A stretch of DNA of 63,990 bases, filler included. It is 4 parts of 4 records of this genome, joined end to end, with 100 filler letters (N's around TTAATTAATTAA, not from the genome) between each part and the next. Parts side by side here need not be neighbours in the genome. Positions count along the whole stretch, not along the records: positions 19,040 to 34,805 come from SRR31156797_2470; 3 more parts are not named here. One strand, 5' to 3'. Position 1 is the first letter of the stretch, and every line of letters starts with the position of its first letter. The notes under the pieces are model-generated. The model had not been told where the DNA came from. It worked only from the letters and a program-made list of their open reading frames with translations, and made no database searches. Below are positions 20,307-30,859 of this stretch, piece after piece. The position numbers and the translations under genes were made by a program.

Positions 20307-21601
20307 ACACCTTCCTTACTACAACTAATATTTCCTTTATATTTTGATAGTTCATAAAATATATGTTCATCTGTGAGTAATAAATCCAAATCATCATAAT
20401 AAGGTTCATTGTTACCTAGTATTATTAGTTCTGAATTATTAATTACATCTTCCAAATCATCCGTTATCTTATCTTTTAATGTACCTAACTCAGACAGAAT
20501 AAAACCTTCATTTACTTTATTTTTAATTGATGAATAAACTTCTTTATCATGGATGATAATTTCTACCCCATCTTTTTCCAATAACTTTGCTAATGCTAAA
20601 TTTGGACTTAACCTGACATCATCAGTACCACTTTTAAAACTCACTCCTAAAAGTGCAATTTTTTTCTTTCTATACTGTTTTATATGATTATATGCAACTT
20701 CCACTTGGTGCTTATTAGAGTTCTCTATTGAGCTTAATAAAGGAGTAGTTATTTCTAAACTCTTTGCCAAAGATACAAAACCTTTTAAATCTTTTGGCAA
20801 ACATGAACCACCATAGGCAAAACCTGGCTTTAAGTAATAAGGAGAAAGATTAAGTTTTGTATCTTTGCAAAAAATATCCATAGTTTCATAGGCATCTATA
20901 CCAAGAGTTTTACATATATTTCCAACTTCATTTGCAAATGTGATTTTAACAGCATGCCAAGAGTTATTTATATATTTTATTATCTCAGCTGACTCTATTG
21001 ATGTTACCATAAACTCATCTTTTATATCACTATATAGTTCTTTCATCATATTTGCAGCTTTAGAATTGTCTTCATCTACTCCCACAACAGTTACTTGAGG
21101 ATTATAATAGTCTTTTACCGCACTTCCTTCTCTTAAAAACTCAGGATTTGACACAACATCAAAATCTACACCTCTTTTTTTTAAAGAATATTCTTCTATT
21201 ATCTCACCCACTCTTTTGTTGGTATTAGGTGAAACTGTACTTCGAATAGAAATAACATGAAAAGTATCTTTTTCTTTTAATGCTAAACCAATATTTTTTG
21301 CAACATTTTCTACATAATCTAAATTTAGCAAACCATCTTGTTTATTTGGTGTACCTACACAAATAATTGATATATCAGAGTTTGTTACAGATTCCAAGAT
21401 ATCTGTTGTAGCAGAAATATTTTCTTTATTTTTGTATATAAGTATATCTATATCTTTTTCTACAATTGTAGGTTTAGCATTATTAACTAGATTAACTTTA
21501 TTTTTGTCAACATCTACACCTATTACAGTATGTCCACTATTTGCTAGACATCCTATACTTACACAACCTACATAACCTAATCCTATTACTGACACATTCA
21601 T
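20294..21601 (-). CDS. GDP-mannose 6-dehydrogenase-like (AlgD-type) nucleotide-sugar dehydrogenase
   Basis: GLGYVGCV..GCLA, ICVGTP, NPEFLREG and LNLSPYYLKPGFAYGGSCLPKD, which resemble AlgD more than Ugd; ManC is in the same locus. Confidence 0.8.
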   Translation of the reverse strand: MNVSVIGLGYVGCVSIGCLANSGHTVIGVDVDKNKVNLVNNAKPTIVEKDIDILIYKNKENISATTDILESVTNSDISIICVGTPNKQDGLLNLDYVENVAKNIGLALKEKDTFHVISIRSTVSPNTNKRVGEIIEEYSLKKRGVDFDVVSNPEFLREGSAVKDYYNPQVTVVGVDEDNSKAANMMKELYSDIKDEFMVTSIESAEIIKYINNSWHAVKITFANEVGNICKTLGIDAYETMDIFCKDTKLNLSPYYLKPGFAYGGSCLPKDLKGFVSLAKSLEITTPLLSSIENSNKHQVEVAYNHIKQYRKKKIALLGVSFKSGTDDVRLSPNLALAKLLEKDGVEIIIHDKEVYSSIKNKVNEGFILSELGTLKDKITDDLEDVINNSELIILGNNEPYYDDLDLLLTDEHIFYELSKYKGNISCSKEGVCWK

Positions 21602-22353
21602 TTATCTTTAGTTTCCTTTTTTATTTCATAGTATTTTAGTCCAACAAATAATTCTTCACTTGCCCAAGCAAAACAATATAAAAATCCAATACTGCCCTGT
21701 TTAAATCTTTTTTCACCTATATATCTTTGAAAAAAAACATACAACGATATTAGTGGCTGTCGAATACATAATTTACCTATAGAATAGTCTCGCCCTTCAC
21801 TTATCCATTTTTTAGCTTTCCATGTTGAGTATTTATTTATATCATTAATAAAATCATTCATTCCAAACCAAGAGTGATGCAATAAATCACCTTTTAGAAA
21901 TCCCATCTCTTCACTTATAACTTCATGAATAGCATCTTTCCATTGTAAATTTTTTTTCATTAAAATTGGTCTATCAAGTTTAGAAGGAGAATATCCTGCA
22001 ATATTTTCATTTAATCTTTGACAGTTGTAAGCAAGATATCTTGGATTTTTTAACTCAAATAAAATATTCTCTTTTAACTCCTCAGTAATCTCTTCATCTG
22101 AATCTATTACGATTACCCAATCATTTGAACACTTAGTCAAAGAAAAATTTCTTTGAGCAGCAAAATCACTGTCAAGTTTTCTTTGATATATTTTTGCTTT
22201 ATTTGTTAAAGAGTTTATTATTTCAACTGTGTCATCTGTACTATAATCGTCTATGATAATAATCTCTTCTACAAAATCATTTATTGAGCTTATTGTTTTA
22301 GCAATACTATCTTTATTGTTATGAACTAATATTGTTACAGAAAGTTTATTCAT
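21598..22353 (-). CDS. Family 2 glycosyltransferase (WaaE/KdtX-like)
   Basis: IIIDDYSTDDT, FAAQRNF, IDSDE and IHE motifs. Confidence 0.88.
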   Translation of the reverse strand: MNKLSVTILVHNNKDSIAKTISSINDFVEEIIIIDDYSTDDTVEIINSLTNKAKIYQRKLDSDFAAQRNFSLTKCSNDWVIVIDSDEEITEELKENILFELKNPRYLAYNCQRLNENIAGYSPSKLDRPILMKKNLQWKDAIHEVISEEMGFLKGDLLHHSWFGMNDFINDINKYSTWKAKKWISEGRDYSIGKLCIRQPLISLYVFFQRYIGEKRFKQGSIGFLYCFAWASEELFVGLKYYEIKKETKDK

Positions 22354-23591
22354 CTGTTTAATCCTAAAACTTTAATTAATTTTTTTGGTATTTTTTTGTA
22401 ATTTCTTATGATATGTAAGAAGTTGTTTTTATTTAAAACTTGCTTTAAATGAGAAATTATATGTTTAAAGCTTATACTTCTACTATTCTTATACTTTTCA
22501 ATATATTTTTTGAAATCATTAGGAATATCTTCATACATTAATAGAGTAGGATTATTTTCAATATAATCATTTTCTAAGTCATAATACTCAATTAGTTTAT
22601 CAATATTATCCTGATAGATATACTTTTTTCTATCTTGTGTTACACACATAAATTGATGAAAAGTAGTTTTTGATGGTTGTTTAACTGCTGCATTACCTGC
22701 ATTTATAGAAAAAACATATTCTTGTTTAGGCTTACTTAATAAGTTGAGTTCTGGCTTATTTAATTTATCACTTAATTTAAACTTATCAACAAATGTAAAA
22801 AATAGTTCCCTTAATGTACAAGGATTTTTGAACTCATACTTTTCTATATCAGGACCTATAATATTACACAAAACCCTTGCTTTAAGCTCTTTAGAGTTTA
22901 AAGACCATAAAGACTCATCATCTCCTTTGTCTTTGAAAACACTACTATCTACTGTCATACCATGGTCTGAGATCAAGATTAAATAATCTTTTTCTTCATT
23001 AAACCTAATAGCATGTAAATTTGATTGTAATTTATTTGCATGCTCTACTATTAGAGTTTCATATTCATCGGAAGTTAAAGTATACTTGCCTTTAGAGTAT
23101 TGAGCATTTTGATCATGTGTATAAAAATCATGGATTGTTACAAATGTATCTTTCTCATTATCTATTCCAAAATAACTATCAAATTCTTCATCTATTTTTA
23201 AATTTGCTAAATCATAATTTTCAAAATCATAAATAACTTTTTCAAATCCATCTTGAATAACTCCAGGGTTGTGCATATAGTTATTTGAGAAATAATGTGT
23301 TTTAAAACCTTTTTGTTTAAATAAAGATGGGATTGTTTTACTTCTATCATAATCTAATAAATTACAATTTCTAGCAATTGATACTTTACTATGATGATGT
23401 CTTAATCCTGTCATAAAAGAGTAAAATGAACTTTGAGTATTGTCAAAACCATAACAATACTTTGAACTAAATCCTTTTTTATACAGTTCGTCTAAATAAG
23501 TTAGTGGAATATCTTTATTTATATTGTCATTATTATATGAACGAACTTTTAATGCACTTACTCCATCCATAATATAAAAAATCACTCTCAT
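22350..23591 (-). CDS. Alkaline phosphatase/sulfatase superfamily hydrolase/transferase, soluble, Thr nucleophile
   Basis: VIFYIMDG (metal Asp), NTQSSFYSFMTG (nucleophile helix), HDFYTHD and ILISDHG; no signal peptide or TM segment. Confidence 0.78.
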   Translation of the reverse strand: MRVIFYIMDGVSALKVRSYNNDNINKDIPLTYLDELYKKGFSSKYCYGFDNTQSSFYSFMTGLRHHHSKVSIARNCNLLDYDRSKTIPSLFKQKGFKTHYFSNNYMHNPGVIQDGFEKVIYDFENYDLANLKIDEEFDSYFGIDNEKDTFVTIHDFYTHDQNAQYSKGKYTLTSDEYETLIVEHANKLQSNLHAIRFNEEKDYLILISDHGMTVDSSVFKDKGDDESLWSLNSKELKARVLCNIIGPDIEKYEFKNPCTLRELFFTFVDKFKLSDKLNKPELNLLSKPKQEYVFSINAGNAAVKQPSKTTFHQFMCVTQDRKKYIYQDNIDKLIEYYDLENDYIENNPTLLMYEDIPNDFKKYIEKYKNSRSISFKHIISHLKQVLNKNNFLHIIRNYKKIPKKLIKVLGLNR

Positions 23592-24880
23592 TAAAAAACC
23601 TTCTCAACATAGTAAATATTTAAACAAACTAATAATAAACCTGGAAGAATATATTTCATAGTATTTATTTGAGTATACTTTTTCATCTGATAACTTCGCA
23701 ATAGCCCTTGAAATATAAAAACAAGGGAGGTGGCATAAGCAACACCTTCATAACCTATTTCTTTTATGAATAAATAATTTAAAATAAAATTTAAAAATAA
23801 AATTAATATTGTATTTTGAAGAAGAATTTTACTATAACCAAAGTTATTTAATACTGAAGAAGACAATCCAAAAAGAAGGTCAAATACTTTTCCAATCATA
23901 AGTATAAAAAATATTTTTAAACTTTGTGAATAATCTCCAAAACTATTAAAAATTTCTTCTCCGAAACTCATAAATATAAGAAAAATAATTACCCAAACAA
24001 TTAACCCTATAAAAGAGATAACTTTATGTTCTTTTTGAATACTTGCAATATCATTATCTCTTTTATGTTTTATAAGCTTGGAAACAAATATAGGTTCTAT
24101 TACCATATTATAAATTGAAGCTATGAGAATAACTTTTATAGCTACTTGATATATAGCAACTTCCACATCTGTATAAAAATAACTAATCATAAAACTATCT
24201 ATACTTAAAATAAATGAGACTAAAAAAAGATTAAATACATTATTATATGCATGATTATATTTTAATGATTTTATCCCATTTTTTGTTGGTACTTGTTTTA
24301 GTTTTAATATATAAAATAAAGCAATACTAAAATAAGATAGAACAAATGCGCTAACTAGTATTGTAAGCTCACTTAGATTAGTTAGATAAAATAAACAAAC
24401 AAGAATTACTATATTTAAAAGTGGTCTTCCTATATTTGAAGGTAATAGTGATAAATTAATATTTTGCTGTATTTGATACCATCTAATAAAAATATCTACT
24501 AAAACCATAAATGGGATTGCAATAGATAGTAAGATTAAAAAATTACTTATATCACTACGAATAATCTCTGATATAAAACCTGCTGATAGGTTTAACGATA
24601 GTATTAATATGGCTGATGTTACTAATCCAATAAAAAATACTTGTTTGATTAATAGATTTAAATTTTTTGATCTAGTACTTTCATACAATAAAAATTCTGG
24701 CAAACCAAATCTTGCAAAAATAAAAAACATATTTAATATTGTCAAAGATAATGTATATTTACCTACTATATCTTGATTAACATTATTTGTAATCAGCCAA
24801 AAAGATAATAATCCACTAAAAGATAAAAATCCCTTTGAAATAAAAGATACAATTAATGAACTTTTGTATGATACATTCAT
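23591..24880 (-). CDS. wzx: Polysaccharide flippase (Wzx, MOP family)
   Basis: About 12 TM helices, ARFGL, VAIYQVA and LNYLFIKEIGYEGVAYAT; polysaccharide locus context. Confidence 0.82.
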   Translation of the reverse strand: MNVSYKSSLIVSFISKGFLSFSGLLSFWLITNNVNQDIVGKYTLSLTILNMFFIFARFGLPEFLLYESTRSKNLNLLIKQVFFIGLVTSAILILSLNLSAGFISEIIRSDISNFLILLSIAIPFMVLVDIFIRWYQIQQNINLSLLPSNIGRPLLNIVILVCLFYLTNLSELTILVSAFVLSYFSIALFYILKLKQVPTKNGIKSLKYNHAYNNVFNLFLVSFILSIDSFMISYFYTDVEVAIYQVAIKVILIASIYNMVIEPIFVSKLIKHKRDNDIASIQKEHKVISFIGLIVWVIIFLIFMSFGEEIFNSFGDYSQSLKIFFILMIGKVFDLLFGLSSSVLNNFGYSKILLQNTILILFLNFILNYLFIKEIGYEGVAYATSLVFIFQGLLRSYQMKKYTQINTMKYILPGLLLVCLNIYYVEKVF

Positions 24881-25954
24881 TTATATACTTACCAAACTAT
24901 TATTTGCTCTTTGATTATTTGACAAAGAATTCTTTAATTCTAAAAACTCTTTTTCATTTATATTATAATCACTAAATTTTGTAGATATATTCAATTCTTC
25001 CAACATTTTTCTTAAGTTATTTGAACTAAGTTCTCCAAAAATCTCTGTTAAAGCTTTATCAATAAATTGATATTTCCCTATAATATTATCAATAAGCATT
25101 GAAAGAGTGAAGCTGCAAGCTATACCATGAGGTATTCCTTTATTTGATGTTATATAGTAACTCATAGCATGTGCTAATGCTGTTTGTGTATTTGAAAAAG
25201 CAAGTCCTGCATACATACAAGCTTTTAAAATTTGTTCTCTATACTCCAAGTTTTCCAAATCGTTTACTAGCAAGGTTAAATATTTCATAATTATTTTTGA
25301 AGATTTGATTGCATAATCTATCGTAATAGGATTCGCATTCTTATTCCAAATTGATTCAAGTGCATGAGATAAAGTATCAAGTCCAGTTTGAATTGTTACT
25401 TCTCTTGAAACACTTAAAGTTAAACTTGGATCATAAATTGCAGTTTCAGAAAATAGTTCAGGAAGATGTAAGGAGTATTTTTTCTTTTCATTCATATCCC
25501 AAATAGTTGCCCAAGGAGTTAGTTCACTTCCTGTTCCTGCTGTTGTGGGTACTGAAATAATTGGTACAGAACTATAGTTTTCTTTTGGTACATTTCCTTT
25601 TATCATATTTGTTACAAAACTTGCTTTTTTTGAAGTATGATAGATGCTAAAAAACTTTGAAGCATCAAGTACACTTCCTCCACCAATAGCTAGTATAAGC
25701 TCAAATTCATTTTTATGAATATCTTGATATGTTTTTTCTAAGTCTTTAAATTCCGGATGGGATTTAATATCTGTGTATACAGCTACTATGTTAACACTAA
25801 GGGATTTTATTCTATCTATTAAGCCTCTTTTTATAAAGCCATTTGAAGTAATTAGTATAGTTTTTCTACCATTTATATATTTTTTAATATTTTCGATTTC
25901 ATAATTCCCAAATACTACTTTAACTGGCATGTAATATAAAAAATTTTTATTCAT
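24881..25954 (-). CDS. Iron-containing alcohol dehydrogenase, probable phosphonoacetaldehyde reductase (PhpC/FomC-type)
   Basis: GGGSVLD, PTTAGTGSE, DTLSHALESIW, TALAHAMSY and PHG; clustered with pepM and ppd. Confidence 0.85.
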   Translation of the reverse strand: MNKNFLYYMPVKVVFGNYEIENIKKYINGRKTILITSNGFIKRGLIDRIKSLSVNIVAVYTDIKSHPEFKDLEKTYQDIHKNEFELILAIGGGSVLDASKFFSIYHTSKKASFVTNMIKGNVPKENYSSVPIISVPTTAGTGSELTPWATIWDMNEKKKYSLHLPELFSETAIYDPSLTLSVSREVTIQTGLDTLSHALESIWNKNANPITIDYAIKSSKIIMKYLTLLVNDLENLEYREQILKACMYAGLAFSNTQTALAHAMSYYITSNKGIPHGIACSFTLSMLIDNIIGKYQFIDKALTEIFGELSSNNLRKMLEELNISTKFSDYNINEKEFLELKNSLSNNQRANNSLVSI

Positions 25955-27043
25955 TTATACCCTCTCACTTTCTTTAACTTTTATTAATTGTATAGGTTCT
26001 TCATTCTCAATGTATTTGTAATTTCTTTTATAAACGACAAACATTACCATCAGTAGCATTCCTGGATGAGAAAAAATTTGTATACCCTTAATTGATAAAA
26101 TTAGAACAATAATCAATCCTATATAATCAATCTTATATCCATAAGTTCGTATTTTATTATGTATTTTTAGATAAAAAATATATAACAATATTGATCCAAG
26201 AATACCAAATTCAGCGAACAACCGCAATATATCAGAGCCACCATGATCAAATAATTCAACAAAATAATGTTCTTTTTTATACAAATATAAACTTTCTATC
26301 CCGGAACCAAAAAATAAACTAGACTTTATTTGCTCTAAATACAATATGTTTGACCAATACCTTCCACCATATGTTCCGTTATCTGGAGGAGATAATAATA
26401 AACCAATTTTTGATGCGACTATTTCATCATAGACAATATAAATTATAGGAATAAATATAATTATTACTAAATATCTAATATTTTTCTTCATTAATATAAG
26501 TGGAGCTAATGCTAATATGCTTGAACTTACTGTTGAAGCAAGTGAAAAAAATGGTATAAGAAAGTATCTGTAATGTAAATTCTGTCTTACAAAAAGAAAA
26601 ATCAAAAATACTATTAAATTTGCGTGAAGACCTTTTTCATTTTTTAAATATCTATTATCAACAATTCCTAACATCATTAGTATTATCTCAAAAAGTAAAA
26701 ATATAGTTATAAAGTTCGGCATTAACTTCGTTGTTCTTATTCTAAAAAGATAAAGAACCAAATATAACTGGATTGCAACTGTAATAAATATCATTAAAGG
26801 TCTAACATATCCTCGTATTAAAGTTAAACTATCAGTTTGATTATACAAATTTACACTAGAAGTAATTGCATAAATAAGAAAAAATAATAAAAATAAAACT
26901 GGTGTTTTAAATAAAATTTTACTAGAATAACTCAAATAAATAAATGATAAAAATATAACAACTGCTTTAAATGGTATAAATCCTATATTATAATCAATAA
27001 ATTGTGAGATAATCAATAAATTAAATACTATATATCCACTCAA
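25955..27043 (-). CDS. Putative O-antigen/EPS polymerase (Wzy-like)
   Basis: About 10 TM helices, a periplasmic loop with R..W...FFGSG...H...EFGILG; located in a wzx/wzz locus. Confidence 0.65.
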   Translation of the reverse strand: MSGYIVFNLLIISQFIDYNIGFIPFKAVVIFLSFIYLSYSSKILFKTPVLFLLFFLIYAITSSVNLYNQTDSLTLIRGYVRPLMIFITVAIQLYLVLYLFRIRTTKLMPNFITIFLLFEIILMMLGIVDNRYLKNEKGLHANLIVFLIFLFVRQNLHYRYFLIPFFSLASTVSSSILALAPLILMKKNIRYLVIIIFIPIIYIVYDEIVASKIGLLLSPPDNGTYGGRYWSNILYLEQIKSSLFFGSGIESLYLYKKEHYFVELFDHGGSDILRLFAEFGILGSILLYIFYLKIHNKIRTYGYKIDYIGLIIVLILSIKGIQIFSHPGMLLMVMFVVYKRNYKYIENEEPIQLIKVKESERV

Positions 27044-27086
27044 TTAAACCCTTTTTCAATTATATTATTATTTGTTTTTTTGATTA

Positions 27087-28157
27087 TTAAAATTTATTGA
27101 CTTTCACTACATCTAAAGGTGGTCTAGGAGTTTCATCATCAGTTCCGCACTTTACCTTGATAAAGTTTAAACCTTTTTCATTTGAAAAGTTTTCAAGCTC
27201 TTTAGAAAAATTATCAACTTCTATTATTGTTTTTGCTACTACATTAAAGCCTGAAGATTTAGCAATAGAAATATAATCTATATGTTTTTGATATGTATTC
27301 TGTCCACCAGTTGATTTATTTGATTCATTGTCAAATAAAATGTAAGTTAAATCTACCTCATCTTTATATCTACCAGCTGTAGTAAGTCCACCCATATGCA
27401 TAACAAACTCAGCATCACCACCACATACAATAACTTTTTTACCTGCTTTCGCAGCACCTAAACCAAGGCTTAATGCACCACCCATATTTCCTGCCATATA
27501 AAAATTATTAGTTTCTTTCATAAAAGTATACATCTCTCTTGCAGTATTTCCAGTAGTTCCTATAAAAAGAGTATCAGTATTCTTAAAATTTTCATTTAAA
27601 GATAATAAAAATTCACTTCTTGGTATAAACTCAGATAAATCAAGTTTATGTTCATTTAATAAATCTATTTTTGTAAAACTATCTTTTTTAATTATACAAA
27701 TTTTAGTTGTGTTGTTACATTCATTTATCTGAGTGATAGCATTTTGTATATTATCATTGTGCAAGACTGCATGTTCATATCCATATGATTCAATTAATGT
27801 TGGAAGTTCAGTAGCAAGATGCTGGTGTTGAATCTCACTATCACCTTCTTTATAGGTTCTCCAACTTGTTAAAATAGGGAAGAAAATTCCATAAGGTTTT
27901 AATAAACTTGTTATGCAAGAACCCATATTTGTGACACCAGATGATTGCACTATTACAATTGGATTTTTACCAGACATTTTAATTCCAGCTGCAATTGAAC
28001 AAGCAACAGATTCACTAGCACTTGGCAAATATTCAATATTTGGATTATTTATAGCTTCATTAATTAAATATTTTGCAAAGGAACAAGGAACTACACATAA
28101 ATGAGTATACCCCTCTTCTATCAGTCTTTCAATAAATAGCTTTGTATCTAAAGCCAT
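27087..28157 (-). CDS. aepY: Phosphonopyruvate decarboxylase (TPP-dependent)
   Basis: VVPCS, QSSG..N, WR...EIQH, FYMAGNMG, GGDAEF..HMG and STGGQ; directly downstream of PEP mutase. Confidence 0.88.
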   Translation of the reverse strand: MALDTKLFIERLIEEGYTHLCVVPCSFAKYLINEAINNPNIEYLPSASESVACSIAAGIKMSGKNPIVIVQSSGVTNMGSCITSLLKPYGIFFPILTSWRTYKEGDSEIQHQHLATELPTLIESYGYEHAVLHNDNIQNAITQINECNNTTKICIIKKDSFTKIDLLNEHKLDLSEFIPRSEFLLSLNENFKNTDTLFIGTTGNTAREMYTFMKETNNFYMAGNMGGALSLGLGAAKAGKKVIVCGGDAEFVMHMGGLTTAGRYKDEVDLTYILFDNESNKSTGGQNTYQKHIDYISIAKSSGFNVVAKTIIEVDNFSKELENFSNEKGLNFIKVKCGTDDETPRPPLDVVKVNKF

Positions 28158-29446
28158 TATTTTGTTCCTGGGATAAGATTTAATATCTCTTTGATAGAAA
28201 GAAGATTTTTTTCAGCTTCTAAACTTCTATCATTATCTAAAATTGATTTAGCTACATTCATCATTCCTGGGTAAGCAGCTCTAAGCATATGATTTGCATA
28301 AATTACTATATTTACTCCAGCTTTTCCTAATTTTTCTGCAGTAATCTCGTTATAAGATGTAGGAACTGCAACAATTGGAATATTTTCATCATATTCTCTT
28401 AATATTTTACAAAACTCTATTACTTCATCTGGGCTTTTTTGTCGTGAGTGAATCATAATACCATCTGCACCTGCTTCTATATATGCTTTTGCCCTTGAGA
28501 TAGCATCATCAATACCCTTTTCAAGAATTAAACTTTCAATCCTTGCAATAATCATAAAATCATCTGTTACTTGTGCTCTTTTCCCTGTTTGTATTTTTTG
28601 ACAAAAGTTTTCAATTGTGTCTTGAGTTTGAGCCACGTCATTACCAAATAATGAATTTTTCTTTAGACCAGTTTTATCTTCAATAATAACAGCACTAATT
28701 CCAGTTCTTTCTAATGTTCTTACAGTAAATGCAAAATGCTCTGCTATTCCACCAGTATCAGCATCATATATCATAGGCTTTGTAGTCACTTCAAAGATTT
28801 CATTTATGGTAGTTATTCTAGTACTAACATCAACAGCTTCTATATCTGGTTTCCCCTTTGATGTTGAATCAGTTAAAGAACTTGACCACATTCCATCATA
28901 TTCTATTCCTGTTTCTGACTTTACATTCTCTGTAATTAAACCACTTAAAGCATTATGAGTTTCTAAAATTCTTACAATAAATTTAGAGTCTATCAATCTT
29001 CTCAATCTACTTCTTCTTATATCAGGTGTCGTACCGAATTCTTTTAATGATTTATTTAATGCTGTTGAAGATATTCCATCTGTATATGAAGGTTCAACCA
29101 ATTTTCCTCCCCATTTTGATAAAGTATCAATTACTTGTTGTCTTGTTTTTGATTGAATACCTTCTTTCCAATCATCACCGTGAACTACTATATTTGGTTT
29201 TATAAGTTCAAGATTTTGTCTATAATCAAGTGTATCTTGAGGAATTACTTTTGTTACACCTTTTATGTTTTCTATTACTTCTTTTCTTTGTTCATAAGTC
29301 ATGTAAGGAAGTCTTTTGTAACTTGCAATAGCCTTATCAGTTAAAAGGCCTACAATAACTTCTCCATATTGTGCAGCAATTTTTAATATATTCATATGAC
29401 CAGGATGCACTAAATCAGCACTCATTCCAACATAAACCTTCATCAT
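28157..29446 (-). CDS. aepX: Phosphoenolpyruvate mutase with an N-terminal cytidylyltransferase domain
   Basis: PepM signature [10 protein letters not shown] (EDKx5NS), WSSS, DADTGG and ARIES. N-terminal HxGH cytidylyltransferase (ADLVHPGH...VVHGDDW...GISST). Confidence 0.95.
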   Translation of the reverse strand: MMKVYVGMSADLVHPGHMNILKIAAQYGEVIVGLLTDKAIASYKRLPYMTYEQRKEVIENIKGVTKVIPQDTLDYRQNLELIKPNIVVHGDDWKEGIQSKTRQQVIDTLSKWGGKLVEPSYTDGISSTALNKSLKEFGTTPDIRRSRLRRLIDSKFIVRILETHNALSGLITENVKSETGIEYDGMWSSSLTDSTSKGKPDIEAVDVSTRITTINEIFEVTTKPMIYDADTGGIAEHFAFTVRTLERTGISAVIIEDKTGLKKNSLFGNDVAQTQDTIENFCQKIQTGKRAQVTDDFMIIARIESLILEKGIDDAISRAKAYIEAGADGIMIHSRQKSPDEVIEFCKILREYDENIPIVAVPTSYNEITAEKLGKAGVNIVIYANHMLRAAYPGMMNVAKSILDNDRSLEAEKNLLSIKEILNLIPGTK

Positions 29447-29479
29447 TTTAAAATTCCTTTTTTATTAATTTAAAATAAA

Positions 29480-30856
29480 CTATTCTCTATTAAAGTCATC
29501 ATCAAGTCTTACAATATCATCTTCTCCAGTATACTCTCCAACTTGTGCTTCTATTATAATCAATGGCAATTTACCTTCATTTTCAAGTCGATGGACTTGC
29601 CCTGCTTTTATGTAAGTAGATTCATTTGGGTTTAAAGTAAAAATATTTTCTTCTACTGTTACACTAGCACAACCAGAGACAACAATCCAATGTTCATTTC
29701 TATGATAATGTTTTTGTAAACTCAATCTTTTTCCTGGTTTAACTTCAATTTTTTTTATTTTGTAGCCACTAGATTCTTGTAAGACAGTATAATTTCCCCA
29801 AGGGCGATACCCTGTCTTATGAATTTTAAACAATTCAGACTCTTCTTCTTCCAGTTTTTTTACTACTTTTTTCACTTTTTGAGAAGAGCCTTTTTTTGAT
29901 ATAAGTAAGGCATCATCTGTATCTATAATTATCAAGTCGTCTATATCAATAGTAGCAATTTTCCTATTTTCACTATAAATAAAATTATTTGAAGAATCTA
30001 TTGTAATTGAATTTTCATTTAAAGTGTTGTTATATTTATCTTTTCCTAACTCTTCGTAAAGAGAATCAAAACTACCAACATCAGACCAGTCAATTTCACT
30101 TGGAACAACTTTTACGATATTAGACTTTTCCATAACTGCATAATCAATACTATTTTCAGTTATTGCAATCATATCCTCATGTTTAATTCTAATCATTCCA
30201 TCTTTACTAGCGTTATTAAATGCTTTTAGACTTTGTTCATAGATATTAGAAGAATATTTTTTTAGTTCAGATAAAAAAACTTTTGCCTTAAACATAAACA
30301 TTCCACTATTCCAATAAAAATCACCTCTTTCTAAATATTTTTGTGCAGTTTCTAAATCAGGTTTTTCATAAAATGCTTTTACATCACTATCTGAATTTTC
30401 TATTTCGATATATCCATAACCTGTTTCAGGAGATGTAGGTTTAATCCCAAAAGTTACCAGATTATTCTCTTCTGCAAGTTTTTCAGCTTTTTTTAAAACA
30501 TTTAAGTATTCTATTTCGTTTTTTATTAAATGATCACTAGGTGTAATTAATACAATTTCTTCAGGATCAAGAGAAAAGCATGAAAGTGCAATTGCAGGAG
30601 CAGTATTTCTTCCCACAGGTTCTAACAAATATTTATTATCTTTTATATTAGATTCATCTAATTGGTCTAATGCTAAAAAATATTGCTCTGTATTTGAAAC
30701 AATAAATTGGCTATCACAAACTTTACAATTTCTTTCAACAGTTAATTGAAATAATGATTTTTTATTAAATAGTTTTACAAATTGTTTAGGCATTAGTGTA
30801 CGACTTATAGGCCAGAGTCTTGTTCCACTCCCTCCACATAAAATAATATTAGTCAT
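29480..30856 (-). CDS. manC: Mannose-1-phosphate guanylyltransferase / mannose-6-phosphate isomerase
   Basis: GGSGTRLWPISR..PKQF, EPVGRNTAPA, SIDYAVME and cupin RPWG...SLQKHYHRNEHW. Confidence 0.94.
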   Translation of the reverse strand: MTNIILCGGSGTRLWPISRTLMPKQFVKLFNKKSLFQLTVERNCKVCDSQFIVSNTEQYFLALDQLDESNIKDNKYLLEPVGRNTAPAIALSCFSLDPEEIVLITPSDHLIKNEIEYLNVLKKAEKLAEENNLVTFGIKPTSPETGYGYIEIENSDSDVKAFYEKPDLETAQKYLERGDFYWNSGMFMFKAKVFLSELKKYSSNIYEQSLKAFNNASKDGMIRIKHEDMIAITENSIDYAVMEKSNIVKVVPSEIDWSDVGSFDSLYEELGKDKYNNTLNENSITIDSSNNFIYSENRKIATIDIDDLIIIDTDDALLISKKGSSQKVKKVVKKLEEEESELFKIHKTGYRPWGNYTVLQESSGYKIKKIEVKPGKRLSLQKHYHRNEHWIVVSGCASVTVEENIFTLNPNESTYIKAGQVHRLENEGKLPLIIIEAQVGEYTGEDDIVRLDDDFNRE

Positions 30857-30859
30857 TTA

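Noticed and set aside
19040-30856. Alginate biosynthesis operon or phosphonate antibiotic cluster
   Set aside because: No alginate synthase or export genes and no small-molecule tailoring or resistance genes; wzx, wzy and wzz indicate a surface glycan.
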